DNA from: a virus
Taxonomy: Duplodnaviria; Caudoviricetes
Virus record (IMG/VR): IMGVR_UViG_3300012953_000068
Span: 1-40,657 of that record
DNA: 40,657 nt
Direction: 5' to 3' (one strand)
A program made the translations under genes and the position numbers. Positions 36,090 to 40,657 of this stretch are shown here, in pieces. Below the pieces are notes generated by a model. The model was not told the origin of the DNA, did no database searches, and saw only the letters and a list, made by a program, of their open reading frames with translations. How positions within the stretch are numbered: position 1 is the stretch's first letter; each line of letters starts with the position of its first letter.

Positions 36090-37277
36090 CTATCCCATGA
36101 AAATTGCCAAGCCGTTAGGCATGGGGATAAACTTAAGCTGCTTATTGACAAATTCAGCTCTCGTAGCTGCCATCTCCATTAGCTTGTCATAAGTCATTGT
36201 GTCGAGCATTTCTCTAAGCTGAGTCTGTAAACTTTTTAGATCTTCTCTTGCCTGAGTTATTAAATCTTTTCCGTTAAGCTGAAGCTCAGAACCCGGAATC
36301 GGAACATTGGAAAATTTTGATCTTACTTGCCCTAGAAGCTCCTTAGAAAGTGCAAGAGAGTATTGCCTAATCCATTGCCTTCCAATACTGTTTATATTAG
36401 CGTAGGGAATATTTCCAAAGGGTAGGTTAGACAGATTTGAAACGCCCTCTATGGTATCATCCCGGTAGGGAGTATTAAGTGGGTCGGAATAGAACTTAAC
36501 TCTTATCCAAAGCTCTTTTGGCTGTGTAGGCTCGCCAGAAGGCATTGGGTAAATTCTAATATTTTGGCCTGACACCTTGTAAGAGTAGTTTGATCTTCTG
36601 ACTCTGTTTGAAAGATCTAGCTGGCCAGCTCTTAAAATATCCTCGAATACTGGGAGAACGTAGAAAATTGTCTCCGGTGTAAAAGACTCAAATGAGAACT
36701 CATTATTAAGATAGTTTATAGCAGAGGTTGTATCAAAAAACCTATATGCTGCCTGCGGGCTAAAGTGAAACACCTCAACAATTTGCATCTTACTATTTTT
36801 AGTATTCAAACTAGAAGAGAAAATAAGTGTATCGCTTGAGTCCTTAAGTAAATTGTAAATATTATAGTCTTGCTGACCTGCTTTTAGCTTGATAGAGCCA
36901 GAAACTGTGTTGTATGAACCACCTATACCTGTCTCTTGAGCGTATGGTTCTGCAAATCTGGTAAGGTAGTCGAGGTTTTCCCTAGGATATTTCCCTTCAG
37001 ATCCAGACATTGTTCCATCTGATCCAGTTATAGGCATGCCTAGAAAGTTAGCAATCTGTGATTTTGCCTGATACGTGTTGAGAATTGAACTAAATTCAAG
37101 TGTGGACTCCTCTAGGGTCGCCCATATCTGCTTATTTGTTAACTCTACGGATAAAACATCATCGCCTAGCTTTCTCTTAACAAACGTGAGAATTGAATCA
37201 GCCTCAGTCTGGAAGCTTGACTCACCATCATAGAATCCATAGGGTGTTGGATTTGTTGTATTGGCAAAGCTAGGCAC
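36090..37277 (-). CDS. Putative neck/head-tail adaptor protein (gp13-like)
   Basis: RKLGDDVLSVELT..QI, WIRQYSLALSKELLGQVRSKF, IPG..LQLNG..L. GTG start at 37277 follows GGGAG. Confidence 0.75.
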   Translation of the reverse strand: MPSFANTTNPTPYGFYDGESSFQTEADSILTFVKRKLGDDVLSVELTNKQIWATLEESTLEFSSILNTYQAKSQIANFLGMPITGSDGTMSGSEGKYPRENLDYLTRFAEPYAQETGIGGSYNTVSGSIKLKAGQQDYNIYNLLKDSSDTLIFSSSLNTKNSKMQIVEVFHFSPQAAYRFFDTTSAINYLNNEFSFESFTPETIFYVLPVFEDILRAGQLDLSNRVRRSNYSYKVSGQNIRIYPMPSGEPTQPKELWIRVKFYSDPLNTPYRDDTIEGVSNLSNLPFGNIPYANINSIGRQWIRQYSLALSKELLGQVRSKFSNVPIPGSELQLNGKDLITQAREDLKSLQTQLREMLDTMTYDKLMEMAATRAEFVNKQLKFIPMPNGLAIFMG

Positions 37278-37293
37278 TAGAGATCTCCCAATT

Positions 37294-37301
37294 TTAAATA
37301 T
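37294..37301 (-). promoter_or_regulatory. Putative late promoter motif ATATTTAA
   Basis: ATANTTAW match upstream of the gp13-like gene, just after a terminator. Confidence 0.5.
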
Positions 37302-37320
37302 ACGACAATTAGGCACATTG

Positions 37321-37367
37321 CAAAAAGAATCTGCTTGTAAGAGATTTTAATACCCTTACAAGCAGAT
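37321..37367 (-). terminator. 13-bp perfect inverted repeat, probable terminator after the 74-aa gene
   Basis: ATCTGCTTGTAAG (37329-37341) pairs with CTTACAAGCAGAT (37355-37367), followed by TCTTTTT on the - strand. Confidence 0.7.
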
Positions 37368-37416
37368 ATTGTCTTCAAACATGGTAGCATGTTGATTCAA
37401 TAAAATTATAGATAGA

Positions 37417-37641
37417 TTATTTTGCTGACTTTGATGATTTCTTTTTTCTAGAATAAGATCTTTTTGCCTTAGGCTTGGGAGCCTCAGGGACATCTTCAAC
37501 TTCTTCTACTTCAACTTCTAAAACTTCTTCTACTACAGGTGCGACGGCTTCAGCTGGCGCTTGAGCTACGGGTTTTAAAATTCTGCCCTTTCTCACTTTG
37601 TGCCCAGTTCCTAATAATCTTCCTATTGCTTTTTTTCCCAC
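37417..37641 (-). CDS. Small low-complexity protein (basic-acidic-basic)
   Basis: GTG start with a strong AAGGAGG RBS, own promoter motif and own terminator. Confidence 0.7.
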   Translation of the reverse strand: MGKKAIGRLLGTGHKVRKGRILKPVAQAPAEAVAPVVEEVLEVEVEEVEDVPEAPKPKAKRSYSRKKKSSKSAK

Positions 37642-37662
37642 GGGAAACCTCCTTGTGCATGA

Positions 37663-37670
37663 TTAAGTAT
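37663..37670 (-). promoter_or_regulatory. Putative late promoter motif ATACTTAA
   Basis: ATANTTAW match upstream of the 74-aa gene. Confidence 0.55.
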
Positions 37671-37694
37671 TATGCAGTAGATAAAAAATCACTA

Positions 37695-38477
37695 TCACAA
37701 GAGAAACGTAGTAATTTGGTCTGGGCTAATGCTTGAGAAATATTTTCTACAAATATCTCTAAACTCAGTATCATAATTCTTGATTGCATTCAAGTAGATT
37801 TTACTTTCTGACATCCTGGTCCACCTTTGTAAAACTTTCATCTCCTGAGCTTTTCCATCAAAAGACTTTTTATCAAAAGAGCTTCCTTTTCCAAAACTAG
37901 TAACTGCGTTAACGCTAGCATCGGTGTTTACTATCCCTAGCTGTTGACCAAGTCTATCTCTATAGCCTCTGTGAGAAAACCAGTCATTAAAGCTTATTAT
38001 AGAAAAACCAGAAGAGAGATTTTCAATATAGACATCAATGTCTTTTTCCAGATTTTCAATATTGAAATGAGTATGAGAAATCCATGAAGCTAGCCAGTTA
38101 TAAGGATCTCTAGCAATTAAGATAGGATTAAACATACTATATTCTGATACGGGTCTGTGCTCAGCAGAGAGAAACACTCTGTCTATCATTTTAGGTAAGA
38201 TGTACTGTGCGCTGTACACATGCCAGCTATCAGGTTCAGAGCCGACAATATTATTGGCATAAACCAGACTCTCAAAGCAATTTTGAACAGCCCAGTTAAT
38301 AATTGCGTGATTCCCAGATCTTTTCATTCCCATAAAGAGCGTTACTCTGGCCCTAGGAAACTCTTCACAAGCTATCTCATAAGCTCTTTCTGGGCTTAAT
38401 CCACTAGACTCAGCAAGCTTTTTACATATTTTATCTTGCCACCTAAGCCACCTTTCTTTTTCAAAATTTTCTGTCAA
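37695..38477 (-). CDS. Sulfotransferase-fold protein (PAPS-binding motifs)
   Basis: GMKRSGNHAIINW resembles the 5'-PSB loop and IARDPYNWLAS the 3'-PB motif; also VLQRW. Start uncertain (TTG 38477). Confidence 0.6.
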   Translation of the reverse strand: MTENFEKERWLRWQDKICKKLAESSGLSPERAYEIACEEFPRARVTLFMGMKRSGNHAIINWAVQNCFESLVYANNIVGSEPDSWHVYSAQYILPKMIDRVFLSAEHRPVSEYSMFNPILIARDPYNWLASWISHTHFNIENLEKDIDVYIENLSSGFSIISFNDWFSHRGYRDRLGQQLGIVNTDASVNAVTSFGKGSSFDKKSFDGKAQEMKVLQRWTRMSESKIYLNAIKNYDTEFRDICRKYFSSISPDQITTFLL

Positions 38478-38524
38478 CTTTTAAACCCTGTCTAAGAAAA
38501 TATTATAGAAAACAATAAAAAAGT

Positions 38525-38556
38525 AAAAAAAAGAGGCACCTCGAAAGGTGCCTCTT
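38525..38556 (-). terminator. Rho-independent terminator after major capsid gene
   Basis: AAGAGGCACCT-TTCG-AGGTGCCTCTT with a UUCG tetraloop and T8 tail on the - strand. Confidence 0.9.
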
Positions 38557-38579
38557 AGGTAGGATAAGCCCTGCCTGGA

Positions 38580-40562
38580 TTAGATTACATCCATATCCAT
38601 GCAAGTAACTGTACCGTAGAAGTCAGCGCGAACCATCTTCTTACCGTATCGGGTCATCACGCCCTTACGGGGTGTGAAGTCTTCGGGTGCGAAGATCGTC
38701 GGAGTGACGATGAGAGGTACGTAAGGAGCATAGACGTAACCAGTCTCAAGGTAGCTACCACCCTTGTACCCAACAAGAATCTTGTTGCGTGGGAAGTAGG
38801 GGTCCTTGTAAACCGTGAAACGGTTGCTCAAGCTACCAACGGGAGCTGCGCCGAGCTGGAATGGAGATCCAACTTGACCCTGTCCGTCGAGGCTGTAGCT
38901 AGGCTTGTAGAGAACAGAAGCCTCAAGAATGGTTGCAACATCAGGTGAAACCACGATGAAGTTAGCAGAGCCACGAAGAGTCTTTCTGTGAATCTCGTTA
39001 GCAACATCAATGATAGTCTCAACGAGTGTCTCGTACCATTCGCGAACTGTACCGGTGAAGCTAGGTCCAGTTTGAAGTGCACTAGCAAGAGTCTGAACTT
39101 GGCCATTCTTCTTGTTAACGAACTTGCCTGGAGCACGTGACCAGTAGTAGTTAGCGCCTCGTGCTTGTGTAAGGAGGTCGTTAAGAATCTCGCGATCAAG
39201 CTCAAGAGCAATCTGCTCTGAGAGGATTTGAGTAAGCTCAACCTCAGCGTCAAGGCTGTGGTAAGCGTTCAAGTCCTGGGCGAGTTCTGGTGACCAACGA
39301 GCACGGAGCTTACGGGTCTCAGCTGTTACAGCAATTGATTCAATCTTGATGTCAATCTCAGGAATCTGGATTTGAGGAGCTGTCTCAAAGTTAGATTCGA
39401 AAGTTGGAATCGTGAGTGTTGAACCGTCAGAGTCTGTATCAAGAGTAGGTGCCTGGACATATGATCCAGAGAAACCGTTCATGAGTGCGACCTTTGAGCC
39501 CGCGCGACCTGCGTCCATAGCGTATGTACCAGAGACAATGACAAGCAGTGCTGCATTTGACGTAGCTCTAGTCACCATTGGATCAGGTGTGAATTTCGAG
39601 CCATCCCACGTACCAAGCTGGTTGAGGCGACGAATGTTAATAACGTTACCTCCTTGAATACCCTGAGAAGCAGAAAGAACCTTAACACCGCCTGATGCAC
39701 CAGTTCCGTTAACTACCATTGGGGATTTTGTGGTTGTGACATCTGAGTTACCAGCAATTAGACCAACTTCCTTAATAGCTGAGAAGTCCATCTTAGCTGG
39801 GAACTTAGTAGCATCCCAGATGAGCGCCTGGAAAAGTCCCTGGCTTGCAGGGGTTGTTTCCGCCAAGTTATCCTCGATTAGCGTTGTAATCTGAGGATCG
39901 AACTGAAGAAGTTTTCCATCAGAGCCTGTTGCGACCATGTGAGAGCCACCGGTGAAAGTACTAGTGTTACCATGAGCTCCAGAAGCAAGAAGGCTAAGCT
40001 CACCATTGCCAAACTTAGTGTTGACGCGTGTGTAAGCTGTTCCAGCAAGATCGTAAGGACCACCAACAGCATCAGAACCGGATCTTACGCCCTTACCTGT
40101 AGGAAGGTTGTAGATTGATTGGCCTTTGGTGTAGGTTTGCTGTGAAAGATCACCCTCTGCACCAGTCTGGGTGTTAGCATCACCACCAACATTGTCACCA
40201 TAGGTGTAGTCGAGGTAGAAAAGCAGACCAGAAGGAAGGCTCATTGGCTGAATCGAAACGAGATCGTTGGCTACAAGGCCACCAAAAACGCGACGAACGA
40301 TTGGGAAAGCGATGTTCGTGAAACCACGAAGGTCGCCAGAAGAAGTGGTACCTGCATTTCCGCCACCGATGGAAGACTGCTCGCGAAGAAGCTGAGCTGC
40401 CTGATTCTCCAGGAGACGAGCCATATTCTCGCGACCTGTGTCATTCATACCACGGAGGAGTCCAGTGCGTGTCCACTTTTCAGTTAGAAGAGCTGACTGC
40501 TGGCCTACGTCTCTCTGACGAATACCTTCGGTAAGCTGATCTAATGTAAATTTTTTAGACAT
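38580..40562 (-). CDS. Major capsid protein (T4 gp23-like) with large internal insertion
   Basis: FPIVRRVF, VSIQPMSLPSGL.F, VTAETRKLRARWSPELAQDLNAYHSLDAEVEL, LEL/IDREI, RG.ANF, GYKG, YAPYVPL, FTPRKGVMTRYG. Confidence 0.95.
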   Translation of the reverse strand: MSKKFTLDQLTEGIRQRDVGQQSALLTEKWTRTGLLRGMNDTGRENMARLLENQAAQLLREQSSIGGGNAGTTSSGDLRGFTNIAFPIVRRVFGGLVANDLVSIQPMSLPSGLLFYLDYTYGDNVGGDANTQTGAEGDLSQQTYTKGQSIYNLPTGKGVRSGSDAVGGPYDLAGTAYTRVNTKFGNGELSLLASGAHGNTSTFTGGSHMVATGSDGKLLQFDPQITTLIEDNLAETTPASQGLFQALIWDATKFPAKMDFSAIKEVGLIAGNSDVTTTKSPMVVNGTGASGGVKVLSASQGIQGGNVINIRRLNQLGTWDGSKFTPDPMVTRATSNAALLVIVSGTYAMDAGRAGSKVALMNGFSGSYVQAPTLDTDSDGSTLTIPTFESNFETAPQIQIPEIDIKIESIAVTAETRKLRARWSPELAQDLNAYHSLDAEVELTQILSEQIALELDREILNDLLTQARGANYYWSRAPGKFVNKKNGQVQTLASALQTGPSFTGTVREWYETLVETIIDVANEIHRKTLRGSANFIVVSPDVATILEASVLYKPSYSLDGQGQVGSPFQLGAAPVGSLSNRFTVYKDPYFPRNKILVGYKGGSYLETGYVYAPYVPLIVTPTIFAPEDFTPRKGVMTRYGKKMVRADFYGTVTCMDMDVI

Positions 40563-40614
40563 GTTATTTTTTCCTTTTATAGTTTATAGTTGTGTGTTAA
40601 AACACGTGAGTTTG

Positions 40615-40657
40615 TTATTTTTTGATCCCAGCAAGAAGTGCCCAGCGATCAAGCTCG
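40615..40657 (-). CDS. C-terminal end of upstream gene, probable prohead core/scaffold protein (partial)
   Basis: Reads ...ELDRWALLAGIKK-stop directly before the capsid gene. Only 13 codons are visible, so the call rests on position and the RWxxLAGI ending. Confidence 0.45.
   Translation of the reverse strand, partial: ELDRWALLAGIKK

Noticed and set aside
670-40072. Numerous 60-170 aa ORFs antisense to or nested in larger genes (e.g. 6848..7348, 16284..16622, 38828..39253)
   Set aside because: They overlap well-supported genes and show no recognisable motifs, so they are treated as shadow ORFs.
1-40657. Stop-codon reassignment, as in some large phages
   Set aside because: Genes are full length in the standard code, and TAA, TAG and TGA all end recognisable proteins at expected positions.
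1-40657. CRISPR array, tRNA genes, IS elements or DGR repeats
   Set aside because: Intergenic gaps are short (about 140 nt or less) and none showed repeat-spacer or cloverleaf patterns by eye. No transposase or reverse transcriptase is present. A tRNAscan/Infernal run would be needed to be sure.

Overview
This window is a fragment of a large myovirus genome with T4-like structural genes, probably from an uncultivated jumbo-type phage. It uses the standard genetic code and nearly all genes lie on the - strand. Read in the direction of transcription (right to left), it holds four blocks. (1) Morphogenesis: the end of a probable scaffold gene, a gp23-like major capsid protein with a large insertion, a sulfotransferase-like gene, a small charged protein, gp13/gp14/gp15-like neck and tail-completion genes, two paralogous ~1080-aa tail sheaths, one gp19-like tube, a gp26-like/gp51-like chaperone pair apparently joined by a U7 frameshift site, a tape measure candidate, a tube-initiator-like protein, a LysM/gp53-like protein and a hub-like protein. 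(2) A two-gene unit encoding a very small family-A DNA polymerase (no proofreading domain, apparently no thumb) and an HD-fold protein with a degenerate metal site, followed by a modular 604-aa putative head-packaged protein. (3) Replication and metabolism: SSB, RecA/UvsX, 5'-3' nuclease, DnaB/gp41-like helicase, class II RNR, IscU, ClpP and an amidase endolysin. (4) A translationally coupled operon: thermonuclease, membrane protein, cysteine synthase and a HExxH protein. Two Asp-box beta-propeller genes on the + strand converge on this from the left. Two promoter classes are visible by eye: sigma70-like -35/-10 pairs and a recurrent ATANTTA(W) motif before structural genes. Four intrinsic terminators are also visible. 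All calls come from motif recognition and gene order; no database search was run.
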